Positions 42,085 to 55,804 are shown, numbered from the stretch's first letter. The stretch is DNA of 64,000 nt from Octopus vulgaris (GCA_951406725.2 OX597828.1:23932001-23996000), one strand, 5' to 3'. The notes: generated from the sequence alone by a model not told the origin. Numbers and translations: made by a program.

Positions 42085-42915
42085 CTAAGGTGGTATATAC
42101 AAAAGTGCCGTGAAACCCCTGTTGAAACACTAACACGGCCGGTCTCATCAATATTTGAAAATTGTGTGACTAAAGAAAAATTTAAACAAGAAATGAACAA
42201 CAAAAAAGTAAAAGCATGGAAGGAACAAAATTGTACGGTCAGTTTGCAAGAGATATGACCGCCAAACCAGATGCAGAGGACCAGTTACTATGGATGATGA
42301 GAAGTGACCTGAAGATAGAGACAGAAGCATTAATATGCGCAGCGTAGGATCAAGCGTTAAGGACCAATAATACGAAGTGCAGAACTGACAGCACTACCGA
42401 TAGTGACAAATGCAGAATGTGTGGTGAGAAGGGTGAAACAATATGGCGTATCTTTCTTTTACTCTTTTACTTGTTTCAGTCATTTGACTGCGGTCATGCT
42501 GGAGCACCGCCTTTAATCGAGCCACTCGACCCCGGGACTTATTCTTTTGTAAGCCCTGTACTTATTCTATCGGTCTCTTTTGCCGAACCGCTAGGTAACG
42601 GGGACATAAACACACCAGGATCGGTTGTCAAGAAATGCTAGGGGGACAAACACAAACACACACACGCATATATATATATATATATACATATATACGATGG
42701 GCTTCTTTCAGTTTCCATCTACCAAATCCACTCACAAGGCTTTGGTCGGCCCGAGGCTATAGTAGAAGACACTTGCCCAAAGTGCCACGCAGTGGGACTG
42801 AACCCGGAACCATGTGGTTGGTAAGCAAGCTACTTACCACACAGCCACTCCTGCGCCTACGTATCGTTAGCGAATGATCGAAATTGGCATAACGCGAATA
42901 CAAAAGAAACCATGG
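42085..42915 (+). mobile_element. Dong/R4-type LINE relic interrupted by a SINE
   Basis: DLKIETEALICAA*DQALRTN...CRMCGEKGETIWRI|VSE*SKLA*REY. The frame resumes after the SINE. Confidence 0.8.
42453..42859 (-). mobile_element. SINE family A, full length, TSD CGTATC
   Basis: CGTATC at 42447-42452 and 42860-42865. Confidence 0.93.
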
Positions 42916-43010
42916 CAGTGTGTTAAGAATTTGGGTACTTTGCCAACAGTATATTGGATAATTGATATCCCTTAGTGGGTTTCACCCATAACCCCTATCT
43001 TACTTTGTAC

Positions 43011-43070
<60 letters not shown>

Positions 43071-43364
43071 TATGTATGTATGTATAAGTGTGTGGTGTGT
43101 TTGGTTGTGGTTTGTAGTAGCGACCATTAGTCGCGTTTCTCTTTCAGTATCTCTCCCTCTCCCCGCTCTCTCTCTCTCTCTCTCCCTCTGTCTCTCTCTG
43201 TAATGATGCATACATGCACGTATATATATATATTTTATATATGCCAAAAATATAATTGTCACTAAACTCGACTAAGAGGGTCAAGACACCTACATTCCTA
43301 GAAATAAGAGCTAAAATGCTTCTAATTCTGTAGGAAAAGCACGTAAATTTATGCATATATGCCA

Positions 43365-43545
43365 ACAAGGGCTGTAATCGGCGGAAGCTCCGACTCGAGA
43401 ATTTCTTAGACTGATCGTCCAATTTCGGCTATTTCAGTAGCCCTCGTCAGTATATAGCCGAAACGGAAATAACTGAAACTAGACGTTCATTCTGAAGTGT
43501 TCTTGAGTCGGTGTTTTGGACGATTGCAGCCCCTGTCAGTCTATA
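43365..43545. other. Rod-like quasi-palindrome with an embedded hammerhead-like core
   Basis: Nested pairings GGGCTGTAATCG/CGATTGCAGCCC, CCGACTCGAGAAT/GTTCTTGAGTCGG and TTTCGGCTAT/ATAGCCGAAA. Minus strand has CTGACGA-G-GGCTA ctgaaa TAGCC-GAAA. Confidence 0.7.
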
Positions 43546-43740
43546 TTCTTTTATTCTTTTACATGTTTCAGTCATCTGACTGTAGCCATGTGGGAGCACC
43601 GACTTTAATCAAACACATCGACCTTTAGGACTTATTCATTGTAAGTCTAGGACTTATTGTATCGGTCTCTTTTATTGAACCGCAAGATTACGGAGACGTT
43701 AACACACCACCATCGGTGTCAAGCGATGGTGTGGGGACAA
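43546..43740 (-). mobile_element. SINE family A, 3' half
   Basis: Reverse-strand tail, diverged. Confidence 0.8.
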
Positions 43741-43796
43741 ACACACAAACATACACACATACACACATACATACGTATACAAACACACACGCACAC

Positions 43797-43833
<37 letters not shown>

Positions 43834-45646
43834 GGCAGACAGAGAGAGAGAGAGAGAAGGAGAGAACGTAGTGGGAGGATGTAAGAGAGACAAAGAGGAA
43901 ATTTGTGTTGGATGAATTCAATGTGTACAAATTATAAAAGCGTATTCTGTATCTGGATTAGAGCGTCCATATTTTTAAGCAGCTGAAGTTCTGTGAAACA
44001 GCTTTCTTTTTTTCCGTTTGCCATTTACTTTAAGAATCGGTAATTGGAAACCACATGCCATTATATATAGCAAAATATTCGTAAATATATCAAAATATGT
44101 TTAATATCCGAGCTTTCATTTGTGGATGGTGTATTGGAAAACGTGCCAAACATTCAACTATTCATTTACCATTCACAGAACAAGTGGCATATTCGACTAT
44201 TCCAAATGTAAACGCTCGTAATACCCCACATCTTCAATATGCTTTGTACCAAATACCCACAATTAAGCAAGCTTTTAATATAGTTGTGATACGGATATAA
44301 TTAAATGTTTTTTTTATGTTTTTGTTTTTGTTGGTTGATATTCTTTATATAAAATCTATGGAATTGTGGCGACCTAAAACTGAATTAATAAACTGCGGTG
44401 TTGCTGTCTAAATAAATTATAAATTCCAACCTTTTGTATGATCCAGCAAACGACTTCACTTCGCCGTAATACTTTTTTCAAAAGGTACATTTAACATATT
44501 TTATAAACACAAAAATGAATTTTTAATGTATGTTAACCAAAATTATATGTTAATAGCACATCTTTGCTTTAATAATATTGTCGAAATGATAACTGTAATA
44601 CTAATACTATTAACAATACGAAAAATATTATTATAGTTGTTGTTTTTGTTATTATTATTATTATTATTATTATTGTTATTTTCATGATTATGATGATGAT
44701 AATGAGACATGTTGATATATAGATGTATGTGTATAGATGTGTGTGTGTGTATGTGTGTGTGTGTGTGTGTGTATGTGTGTGTGTGTGTGCATGTATTTGT
44801 GTCTGTGTCTCAACGCGAGTCTGCGCGTGAGTGAGCGTGTAAACTAGTGTTACCCAAAGTTCTATGTTGAAAAGATCCATGTCATTCACTCAAACTTTTC
44901 TAGCACAGGGCTTTTTCGGAACCATAGTCGCAAGTTTAACAGTCACTAATATTTCTAAGTTACTATTTATCAGAACTGAGCAGAAAAATAATGGGGAAAA
45001 AACTGTCTGGTTTAACAAAAGACATGACTTAATCACATGTACTTTTACAAGAACATTAAAACGTTTATTATTACATTTTAGTGTTAATATAAATTATCAG
45101 CCTTTTAATAAATTTTCCGTGCGCTTCCGCGCATACGAAGAAGCAGAGTCAGTGACCAGGTCATTCTCCTGGTTGTTACTGATTACAAACGCCTGAATGA
45201 TGACAATCCCGTATTTTCACGTCAATGATTATAATTGCCGATATACATTGTATTTCTTCAACATAGAAATATATGATAGGAGTGATATTGTATGAGTCAT
45301 TCGAAGATGTTATGTGTAAAGACATTCGTTAAAGTATCTAGTGAGCAGAGGGAAAATGTTGGACTGAAGGCGTTAAGAACAAATTTTATTTGATATTATA
45401 CCGACTTATTAGTAACACAAAACTTAGTTTGTGGCTTTTATTTTGTAATATTGTTTTAATGATTTACAGAAGTTGCTCTAATAATTTAGATTATATTACC
45501 GCAGTCTTTAGCCAAAGCTCTATATTAATATAATTTTATGTGTGCTTTTAATTAGCCAATGTTAATTACACGTTATTAATCTTGTCTCAAAAAACGATTT
45601 ACGAAAATATCTCTTGGTACACTAATGTGGCTAACGAAAAGAATGA

Positions 45647-45830
45647 TTAACCCCTTACCCAACAATTATTTTGAAAATAAATGTATTTTTTCAGACATAT
45701 TTTTTAATTGTTTTATTTTTATATGTCGATTTTGGCGCGTCTATCTTTTGACGAGTTAACTCGCCAGAGATAGAAAAAAAACGATTTAGGTCAAAACGCA
45801 TATATTCGTTTCTGCCGGGTAAGGGGTTAA
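45647..45830. mobile_element. piggyBac-type MITE
   Basis: TTAA-CCCCTTACCC ... GGGTAAGGGG-TTAA: a 10-bp perfect TIR with a TTAA TSD. Confidence 0.8.
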
Positions 45831-48113
45831 GAAAATTTTAAATGAATAATGAACATACTAAACGAGAAAATTTTGCGATGTCCAATAGTAGTAATAATAG
45901 ATTTCAAGAAAATGTTTTTTAAAAAAATGAAGAATCTCTGAAAACATTGAGACTTTGTTGGAGAGAAGCTGTATTTCTGGTATTAAGTCAACACCTTCCG
46001 CATTTTAGAGATCACAGCATGTAATTTGATAATTTATAGACACTGAAAGTCAGGAAGTCAAAGTTGATTCTCGTAGGATTTCATATTAGAAGTTAAACTT
46101 CCATTTCGACATGCCCCGTCCACTGTCCGTTTCTGAAATATATTGAATACATCAATGCCTCTCCAGGCTATATATATGCTGGAGTGGGTGCGGCTTTAAG
46201 GAAAAAGATGAAAGAGTGAGATGCAGAGAAATGTATTAATTCCGTAGAGGTAACAGCTCTTTCATAATTTATTCTGAGTTACATCAGTATCTTCTCTGCA
46301 GTGGTGTAAATACAATATATACCTACACCTGTGCACACATTATATACATATATTTCTATACATGCACACACACACATACATACACACTCTCTCTCATACA
46401 CACACACACATACACATGTACAATAGAATAATGTAGTTATACTATGATGTATTCAGATGACATTCCGGATATATTTGATAGATCTGATGCCTATATCCGG
46501 AATACGATCCGAAGATTAATTTTCGCTTTTATATATATTATTGCATGACTTTATGATTGTTTGTACAACTTTGTGTATGCATGTGTGTGTGTGTGTGTGT
46601 GCGTTTGTTTGCATGCATATATATATGTATATGTTGTATGTCTGTGTAGATTCTGCATTTACATCTTTGCATGGAAGTTAATGATGCAACACGGAGTAAA
46701 TATTGAAACAGCCGTAACCTCTACGGAAATATTAAAATTCTTTCACTCTCTCATCTTCTTCTTACGCTTTTGTTCCGTCCCTTGTTTTGCTTATTATATA
46801 CTCAATAACAGGTATTTTATTATTCGTATATCCCACTGCGAAGAAAATTGTTGGTGTCATTTCGGCTGTCTTTACATCTCAGTTCAATTACTGCAGAAGT
46901 AGGCTTTACTTTTTATACCTTCGGGGTCGATAAAACAAATATCATGTACTAGGGTCGATGAAATCAACTTACTCCCTTCACTCAAAAACTGCTAGCCCAG
47001 TGCCAAAATTTGAAATCATTATTTGGATATTCCAGATTTTCAGTTGCATCCTCTCGTTGAATACATCGTAGTTGTATTATCTCCCGAACTGATATCCGGT
47101 TCATCAGCTGTTGTGCTTACTCCCTGTTCTGCTAGACGCTTACATTTTTTGAATACACTTCCCGATATTGTTAAGCAAGTATCACTTGGTAGTATAGCCA
47201 ATACATTCACTAAGTATTGCTAGTACCATTGTAACCGTAAGGGGATAGAGGAAATCTCTCTGTCCTCCAAACTGTGAACCAACAGGATAAGAAGATTGTA
47301 ACAGACGAACGACAAAAGGGTTGCAATAGAACAAACCAACAATTCATTTTCTTGTGTGAAGACTGGAATAATGTGGAATACATTGCCATACAAAAGGGCA
47401 CAAACACCATGTCCTTGAGTCCACTCATTTCTGCGAATGTAGCCTAAGATGTTAAGAATTTGGATTAATCCCATAACCACGTTGTGTCGCCTGTTTTATC
47501 TCTCTCTCTCTCTCCCTCTCTCACATACACACACACATGCACATTTATACATAGAACAGATATGTACATACCACTCACATATGTTTATGTTAGAGTGTGT
47601 GTGTATGAATATATATATAAAGCGCAGTAGACCTGTTAAAACAACATAGAAGTTATGTAGGAACAGGTATTTTACCCACTGAAGTTGGAAAAAAACGATG
47701 TCAGTTGTTGACTGCAGGAAAAGCAAACCTCATACCTCTCAGATGCCTCTCAGTAATAGATTTTAGGAATGCGGGAACAGTTTGTAAACAAACTTTGGAA
47801 GCAGCAATTGTGTTGGTATATTATAGAGCAGAAAGTAAATTTCGAACCGAGTACAGGTGTGAAACTTTTTGAGAAAGATTGGGTATTTTACCCGTCGACA
47901 GCATTCCAAAAAGCTACTGTTTGGCATTAACATTGATGGTAACAGTTGATAGTGTTTCTTAGCTTATGGGGTAAGTGCATGCAGCCGGTATTTGAGAGGT
48001 ACGCTCTTCGTTTCTCCTTAGGCGTCTACAAGCAGCATTTTTTTTTACATCTATACGATTTTTCTCGGCTGTTTCCACAGCGATACTGCGTTCGAAACTT
48101 ACTTTCCTCTCTG

Positions 48114-48199
<86 letters not shown>

Positions 48200-48647
48200 G
48201 CATATATTCACATATATATTATTATTATACATATGTATATATACAAGCATATATGCATGTAACAATGTAATGTAGATGTCTTTGCAATGTTAAGGGTTGA
48301 TAACAGCATTCAGCTCACTAATTTAACCTGCAATTGACCTTGAGGAAAATATCATTGGCAAACAATTAATCATTTGATTGATTCTTAATTCAAACTAATT
48401 AAGTGATTGGTTGTTGTCTGTGAGCAAAAATTTGCAGTAAGGCCAATTACCACGTCTATTGATGCGATATCTACCATCACCAAATCCTTCCTTAACATCG
48501 CTTTCTTCCGTTACACATTAGTTAAATTAATACGTATACTGATATTTAATGACGATTCTTAATATAAACATAATTCACACTTTACTTGTTTGTATAGACG
48601 AATCGGCCGATCTCAGTATTTCACAAGCGCTACTATCTTTTATACGG

Positions 48648-48786
48648 AGACGCCATGGCCCAGTCGCCAGGGCAGCGGACTCGCGGTCGGAGGATCGCGG
48701 TTTCGATTCCCAGACCGGGCGTTGAGTGTATTTATTGAGCGATAACACCTAAAGCTTCACGACGCTCCAGCAGGGGGTGGGGTGGC
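48648..48786 (+). mobile_element. SINE family B, 5' part
   Basis: Head matches the copy at 20750. Confidence 0.85.
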
Positions 48787-48999
48787 ACGTGTGATATATG
48801 GCACGTGTTAAGAATTATTCTGTATAGATAATCTGAGATATAATCTTAGTAGACTGAGTCCAAGAACGCTGCTAAATATGATTATTAATCTGTTCACTCC
48901 AACTTTCGAGAACCATATATTTAAAACTAGATTTCTCATTAAATTATTTCAAAATCAACGACTGAAATCTCCCAATTCATCTTTTGTCTGAGAATTACA

Positions 49000-49300
49000 A
49001 ACACTCTGCAGGACATTCCACTGGAAACGTTTCTATAAGTGCAAGAGAGATTCCCGTCTGCCAAGAGAGGTGCCAAATGTCTTGAATGCTTGGAACACAC
49101 CGGGATTCTGGAGGTTTGTCTGCAATGAGCTTTGAAGGGTTAATAAAATGTAACTTAACCTTGTGTTCCTCGGCATATAACGGACTAAGATCCCTAAGTT
49201 CTCCCCTGGAAGGTACGCTGGCCCTTTGGAGAGTTAACTCCCTAGCTATTGCTGGAACTGATTTACAGCTGATGGACTGGTACAACGCGAAATGAAATGT
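49000..49300 (+). mobile_element. Possible decayed L1/Tx1 ORF2 C-terminal fragment
   Basis: One frame reads ...FWRFVCNEL*RVN..LNLVFLG with stops. Weak resemblance only. Confidence 0.3.
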
Positions 49301-49314
49301 TTTGCTCACGTATA

Positions 49315-49615
49315 TAAGGCACGCGGCTTAGCAGCTAGGCAATTCGGTTCATGATCGTAAGTTCATGTGTTCGATTTCTGGTCATGCGTTGTGTCCTTGA
49401 GTAAGACATTTTGTTTCTCATTTCTACAGTCGACTCAACTGGAAAAACTGAGTCTTAGTTGTAAGTCAAAAAGCCAGTCTTGTCACGTTGAATTTCCCTG
49501 ACAACTACATTAATGATACACGTGTCTGTGTGGTACTCAGCCACTTGCAAGCCAATTACATAAGCTTGTGTTGATAGAATCGACTGGAATACTCGCCGTC
49601 GTAACCGACGGAAAG
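49315..49615 (+). mobile_element. SINE family D-like (diverged)
   Basis: Homologous to 33655-33975. Confidence 0.7.
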
Positions 49616-49864
49616 CGACACCGATAACAACCTGCTCGCTTGGGGAATCGAAACTACGAACTTAGCATAATGAGTAGAACAGAGACGTCACTAAGCTACG
49701 AAGACGCGCTGTAACCACTACACAAATATTCCAGTTCCATAGATCTCCGCCCCGCACACACTTTCCCAGATGCTATTATCTTCACACCAATTCACTATTT
49801 TTACTGCGAGTTATAGAAAACCTTGAAGAGTGCCACTAAATTCAATCTTCTCTACTTCTTTCTA

Positions 49865-50172
49865 TTCTTCTTCTTCTTCTTCTTCTTCTTCTTCTTCTTC
49901 TTCTTCTTCTTCTTCTTCTTCTTCTTCTTCTTCTTCTTCTTCTTCTTCTTCTTCTTCTTCTTTGTCTTCTTCTTCTTCTTCTTCTTCTTCTTCTTCTTTG
50001 TCTTCTTCCTCTTTGTCTTCTTCTTCTTCTTCTTCTTCGTCTTCTTCTTCGTCTTCTTCTTCTTCTTCTTCTTCTTCTTCTTCGTCCTCTTCTTCTTCTT
50101 CTTCTTCTTCTTCTTCTTCTTCTTCTTCTTCTTCGTCCTCTTCTTCTTCGTCTTCTTCTTCGTCTTCGTCTT
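49865..50172. repeat. (TTC)n microsatellite
   Basis: Visible. Confidence 0.95.
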
Positions 50173-51121
50173 CTTACTTTGACAGTTTGACAAAGCACTT
50201 CTGGAAGACTACACACATCTGGTGTGAATATTTCAATTAATTAATACTAACGCTAAAAATACTAATTCTAACTTTGATTTTAAACTTTAAGTAAGCCTCC
50301 TTCTCCTCCTCGTTTTATATTCTCTGCTTTATTTTTTCTCTGTCACCCACTCTCACTCTCTCTCTCAGTCATTCTCTGTCTTTCTCTTTCTCTCGCTTTC
50401 TGTCTGTTTCTCTCTCTCTTTCTCTAGTTTACTTTCTCTTTCTCCCCCCTCTCTCTCTTTCTCTTTTTCTCGCTGGTTTTCTTTCTTTCTCTCGTTTGCT
50501 TTCTCTCTTTCTCTTTCTCTAATTCTCTCTCTCCTCTCTCTCGCTTGCTTTCTCTCTCTCTCCCTCTCTCTCCCTCTCACCCACTTTCATTTGCTTTCTC
50601 TCTTTCTCTTTCTCTTTCTCGTGCTTTCTCTCTCTCTTTCTTTCTCTTTCCTTTCCAAATTTTGTCTTTTCTTTCTCCCTCATTCTTCTAAACTATTTCG
50701 CATTCTAAATAACACACAAAGCAGAATTCTAAATTATGCAACAAAAAACTGACGTAACAGAGCTTCAACTCACTTTCTTATTTCGCTCAAAAAGCAAAGA
50801 TGAGGAAAGAAAACTAATTTAATATCAAAAGAACACCCAAAAAATGAATAAGTAAGAATTAAAAAAAAATAAAATAAGAAATAAAAATAGAAAAGTAGGA
50901 ATCATAAATCAAATGCGGACACATTCCACCAATGGTAAATGCAAAAGAAAGATCTCTTTCTTAATCCATTTCTTAATCCTTAATCTAAAATTTATAATGC
51001 AATAACTGAAAATGGAAATATTTTTTAAAGATTGCCAGAATGCATTTGTTTTCACAGAGACAACGCATTTCACTTGAAACAAGCTCGGAAACACGTAAAA
51101 ATATGTTACTATACAGTAAAG

Positions 51122-51375
51122 AGTGGAGGCGCGTGGCTTAGTGGTTAGGGTGTGTGTCAGCATCATGATCGTAAGATTGTAGTTTCGATTCCTAGACCGG
51201 GCGACGCGTTGTGTTCTTGAGCAAAACACTTCATTTTACGTTGCTCCAGTCCACTGAGCTGGCAAAAATGAGTAACACTGCGATGGACTGGCGTCCCGTC
51301 CAGCTGGGGATCACATATGCCATTGAAACCGGGAAACCAAGCCCATGAGCCTGGCTAGGCTTTAAAAGGACGCAT
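51122..51375 (+). mobile_element. tRNA-derived SINE with a GCGATGGACTGGCGTCCCGTCCAG central domain
   Basis: A/B-box head plus a conserved-looking central SINE domain. Confidence 0.8.
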
Positions 51376-51486
51376 TCATTAATTATTATACTGTAAAGAG
51401 GAGAGACACTGATATAAAATATTATGTAGAAATATCTACACACACCTACACACACACACATATATAGTTATATGTATATATATATA

Positions 51487-51574
<88 letters not shown>

Positions 51575-52001
51575 CGAGCGTGAAGTGTATTTGTGAAGTG
51601 TTCTATAACTTCAGGTCCTTCCGTTTCACAACTGACGTAAATGTATAAGTTGTTTTGAAGACTGCAACTATTTGGAATTGTCTTTTATTCCTACTTTCAT
51701 TCGTGTGAAGAGAAAAAAAAAGCTGTTTTGATCTCAACCCTCACTTCTATCTCTCTTTCTCGCCCTCTTTTTATATCTCTCTATTTCTCTTCCTCAACAC
51801 ACACACAAATATGCATGTATGCTTGTATGTATATGCATTCGTTTTCTTTCTTCTTTCCAGTTGTTTTCTACCTTCATTCCCTTTATATTGAAGAGCGTCG
51901 GTATGAAACAGAAATTCGTTCATTTTCCCTGAGCGCTTTCTTTGTTGTTCGCTCACGTTTTTGTGTTTTTTCCCTTTTGTTACTGAATCAAATATATATA
52001 T

Positions 52002-52075
<74 letters not shown>

Positions 52076-52079
52076 TCAA

Positions 52080-53440
52080 TGCAAGGCTATCTTATCCTTA
52101 TAAAGGATTATTATATCCGAAATTTCACTGGTTTAATTACCAACAACGTTGAGGAATATCTCTTCAACATGTATGAGATTATTATAAGAAGGAAATGACC
52201 GATTTCCTTCTGCGCCAAGTTTGGCAGTCGTTAACCAGACAATTCTTAGTTTTACAATACTGAAGAGTTACATCATCCATTGTTCAACGAGTTCTAAGGT
52301 CATAGTTAATTTCTCAATGAAGGATATCCCCCATCTACAGCAAGGACTTATCCATAGGCCTTCTCATACTTAGAACCTATGAGTCGGAAGGCATATCACA
52401 GGGAACTTAAGCATAAAGCCAAAATTAATAACTACAGAACAAGCGAGCGCGACAGCAACTTGAATAAGGCTTTCCGTTGCTGAAGAAATTCACCACCCAG
52501 CCCAATACTAGAAGGATTTGAAAATAACATCTTCAAGATGATCTCTAATGTTAAATTTAAGAACCACCCGTTTAGAAATAACCCATACGAAAGAAAGCTC
52601 CGGGAATTTATCAAACATCTGAAAACCGAACGTAGAATGATTGTACGGGTAGTCAAAACAGGAAACGTATAGAGGATCGATTATAACACATATAGGTCCC
52701 TTATACTCCAAGAACGAAATGCTAAGTACAAAGTTACCAATGGGAGAACCCTAAAAAGGTTGAACTCTAAGGCGAAGAAAATCATGGCGTCTCTTAATCT
52801 ATTCAATATAACTGAACCCATCTCACCCTGTGAACCTCGGATTACTCTGAAAGACCACAAGGAGAGCGCTTCTACGAAATACCTTCTTTTAGACCCCTAC
52901 TAGACTGGATATCAGCCGGCTTAGTAAGTCTATCCTAGATAAGATCATACCTAAACTTACTCCAAAACTTAAACTTAATTTATGGTCTAATACTGAGGAA
53001 GTCGTACCCTGGTTGTATCGTTAGAGAATATAAGTACTCGCTCCTTGAATTCGATATAAATGCATATTATTTAAGTATATCCCCCATACTCCTAAATAAG
53101 GTCATAATGTTTGCAAGAAACTTCACATCTATTACTAAAGATACTATGAAATTGCTCTATTGGCTATAAGAACTATAAATGAATTTGAAAGTAGACTGTT
53201 GACGAGAAGCGACATCCTTGACAATTTTGATATAGCCATTGGGTCCAGCAACTCGGCCCAGGTTACCGACGTTGTAGGAATCTGCATTCTGCATTGCCTT
53301 GCGAATGAGTTCTCATCGTGCTGGCCTAATTAGGGACGACGCTCTCCTTGTCATACCCACTAATAGCAATGTTTTACTTGGAATAACACGTACAAAACTC
53401 ATGAAATACTTCCGTAACTTTAATCTAGGCTTAACATGTT
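52080..53440 (+). mobile_element. Decayed Penelope-like reverse transcriptase
   Basis: Ordered motifs VKTGNV (ADKT-like), ITLKDHK, LWSNTEEV..W, FDINAYYLSI, FDIAIGS..SAQVTDVVG and RDD, with many stops and frameshifts. Confidence 0.8.
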
Positions 53441-53469
53441 AAATGAGGGTTATTATTTTAAAGGAACAT

Positions 53470-54000
53470 TCCGCCGAGATTGACTTTGCCTTTCATACTT
53501 TCGGTGTCGATGAAATAATTACCAGTTACGCACTGGGGTCGATATAATAGACTAGCCCCCTTACCCCAATATGTTCAAGGCCTTGTGCCTAGACTAGAAA
53601 TAATTATGTTAAAGAACCCAAAAGCGGCGTGTTAGTAGAATCGTTAGTACGCCGGGGAAAACGCATAACGGTATTTCGTCTGCCGTTAAGTTGTGAGTTC
53701 AAATTCTGCCGAGGTCGACTTTGCCTTTCATCCTTTCGGGGTCGATAAATTAAGTACTAGTAACGTTCTAGGGTCGATGTAATTGACTTAATCCCTTTGT
53801 CTGTCTTTGTTTGTCCTCTCTATGTTTAGCCCCTTGTGGGTAGTAAAGATATAGGTATTTCGTCTGCTGCTACGTCCGGAGTTCAAATTCCGCCGAGGTC
53901 GATTTTTGCCTTTCATCCTTTCGGCTTCGATAAATTAAATACCAGTGAAACACTAACTAATTACCTCCCCCAAAATGGCTGCCCTTGTGGCAAAACCTAA
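53470..54000 (+). mobile_element. SINE family C cluster (truncated copy plus dimer)
   Basis: Three TTTCAT(C/A)CTTTCGG units. Confidence 0.85.
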
Positions 54001-54650
54001 AACTATTATTTTAAATGAACATTGAGAATAAGTATAGATACATACAGATATATTGACGGAGGGACGGAATACCCAGAGCACAGTGGTATAAATCGTTTTC
54101 ACTTGAAGTTTAAAATACTGTTGGCTCATCATTCACCTCATATGGTCGTGTATCTACCAATGGTGAATATACATTATTCATATATCTTTTCGTTGGAAAT
54201 GTCAACCGATCGTTTCCGTTTCAAGAAATATTTGCATTCTTATCAGAGAAAATTCGTTCGTAATTTCTTCTACTTTTCAGCAAATTGGCAATTGTTATTG
54301 TGAAACCAGTTGTGAACATAAATATTTATACAAACATACGCATATGCATATACGTACACATATAGAGAGGTAAGAAAAGGAGGAGGAGGGAGAGGAGGAG
54401 TGAGAAGGGGACAGAGGGGAGAGAGAGGGGGACAGAGAAAGAAGGATAAAGAGAGGGGAGAGGGTTAGAATAGTTATTGTACAATAGTTATAGTTATATA
54501 TATGAGTATACATATATGCATCTATGTGTGAGTGTGTGTGTGTATGCATTTGCATATGTATGTAAATATGCACACACAGGCACACAGGCAAACACACACG
54601 CGCACACACTCACACACATATGTATATTTATATGGACATGTGTATGTTTG

Positions 54651-54715
<65 letters not shown>

Positions 54716-55231
54716 CGTCCAAGTGTTCTATTATTCCTCCGTAAAATAAAAGTCAAGATATGAGAGCAAACAAAGCATTGTCCAGACAGAGTTTAATGAA
54801 TCGTTGTAGTGACCCGGAAGCGTGTTACGATCAGAAGGAAGGTCTTGACATCACCGCAATTATTTCTTGTCCCTTTACCATATTCATATAAACACTAAAC
54901 GACGTCGTCGAAGATTTCTTTGTCTTTCATTTTGACGAGAGAAGAACATCGTGGTATTCTTTCCGAAAACATTCGAGCAGCAGAGTATTTTTCCTGATAA
55001 GAATCATCCATATTTGTGAATTCTATTCGGCTTAGTAACTCACTCACTGATTGAAACTCAGTGTTCAAATGAACTTTTAACGATTTAGCACAGGTGTTTC
55101 GTTGTGAAGTGAAGAAGTTTGATGATTTCATTGCTATACAGTATGAAAATATTCATACAAAAGATTGCATATGCCCCTTACTACTTGTACACACAAACAT
55201 AAACTTATCTGTATGAATGAATGTATGTATG

Positions 55232-55298
<67 letters not shown>

Positions 55299-55299
55299 A

Positions 55300-55445
55300 A
55301 TTGCAGCATGGAAGGTGTTTATAAGCCATTTAAGAAACACACAAAAGCCGTTCGATTCACTTCAACATTTAAGTTTAATTTGTCAAAATATTTTCGTCGC
55401 TAAAATCCGCGACCTGTTCACTGACAAAAATCCGTGCTGCATCTC
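55300..55445 (-). repeat. Family E short repeat with hammerhead-shaped G3-C8 motif (55379-55428)
   Basis: Reverse complement TTTGTCA-GTGAACA-G-GTCGC ggatttta GCGAC-GAAA-ATAT-TT-TGACAAA. Flanked by TA runs. Confidence 0.7.
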
Positions 55446-55487
55446 AATATATATATATATATATATATAAACATATATATATATATA

Positions 55488-55800
55488 TACAAGGTGTCCG
55501 AAAATTCACTATACACTTTCGTTTCAGGTATCATTCGGAGAGATGTGAGGACATCATCAGCATTTGTCACCTTAGGCTTTGTAGGTTTTGTGAGTGTATC
55601 ATTCCCTTGCCCATTGCTCGCCAATTGAGGCTAGAACAGTGTTGCAAAATTGCTGCCTGGCAACAAGTTTTTCAGTCCCTTACTGCAGCTCATCGCAAGG
55701 TTGAGAAGCTCTATGGCCGTCACACTGCTCCAACGCGTAGCACAATTTATGCTATCCACAGCAAATCTCTCAAAACAGGATCTGTTCTTGGCAAACCACG
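55488..55800 (+). mobile_element. Tc1/mariner superfamily 5' relic (DUF4817-like HTH)
   Basis: TA-CAAGGTGTCC terminus. SLTAAHRK...APTRSTIYAIHSKSLKTGSVLGKPRS. Confidence 0.7.
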
Positions 55801-55804
55801 CAGT

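Noticed and set aside
46464-46503. ATTCCGGATATA/TATATCCGGAAT 12-bp hairpin
   Set aside because: Isolated, with no supporting context.
47075-47110. Minus-strand CTGATGA-A-CCGGA..TTCGG-GAGA hammerhead candidate
   Set aside because: GAGA instead of GAAA, and no stem I pairing.
47210-47428. GPCR TM3-like string FLSCWFTVWRTERF
   Set aside because: Too short, followed by a stop, with no other receptor helices in frame.
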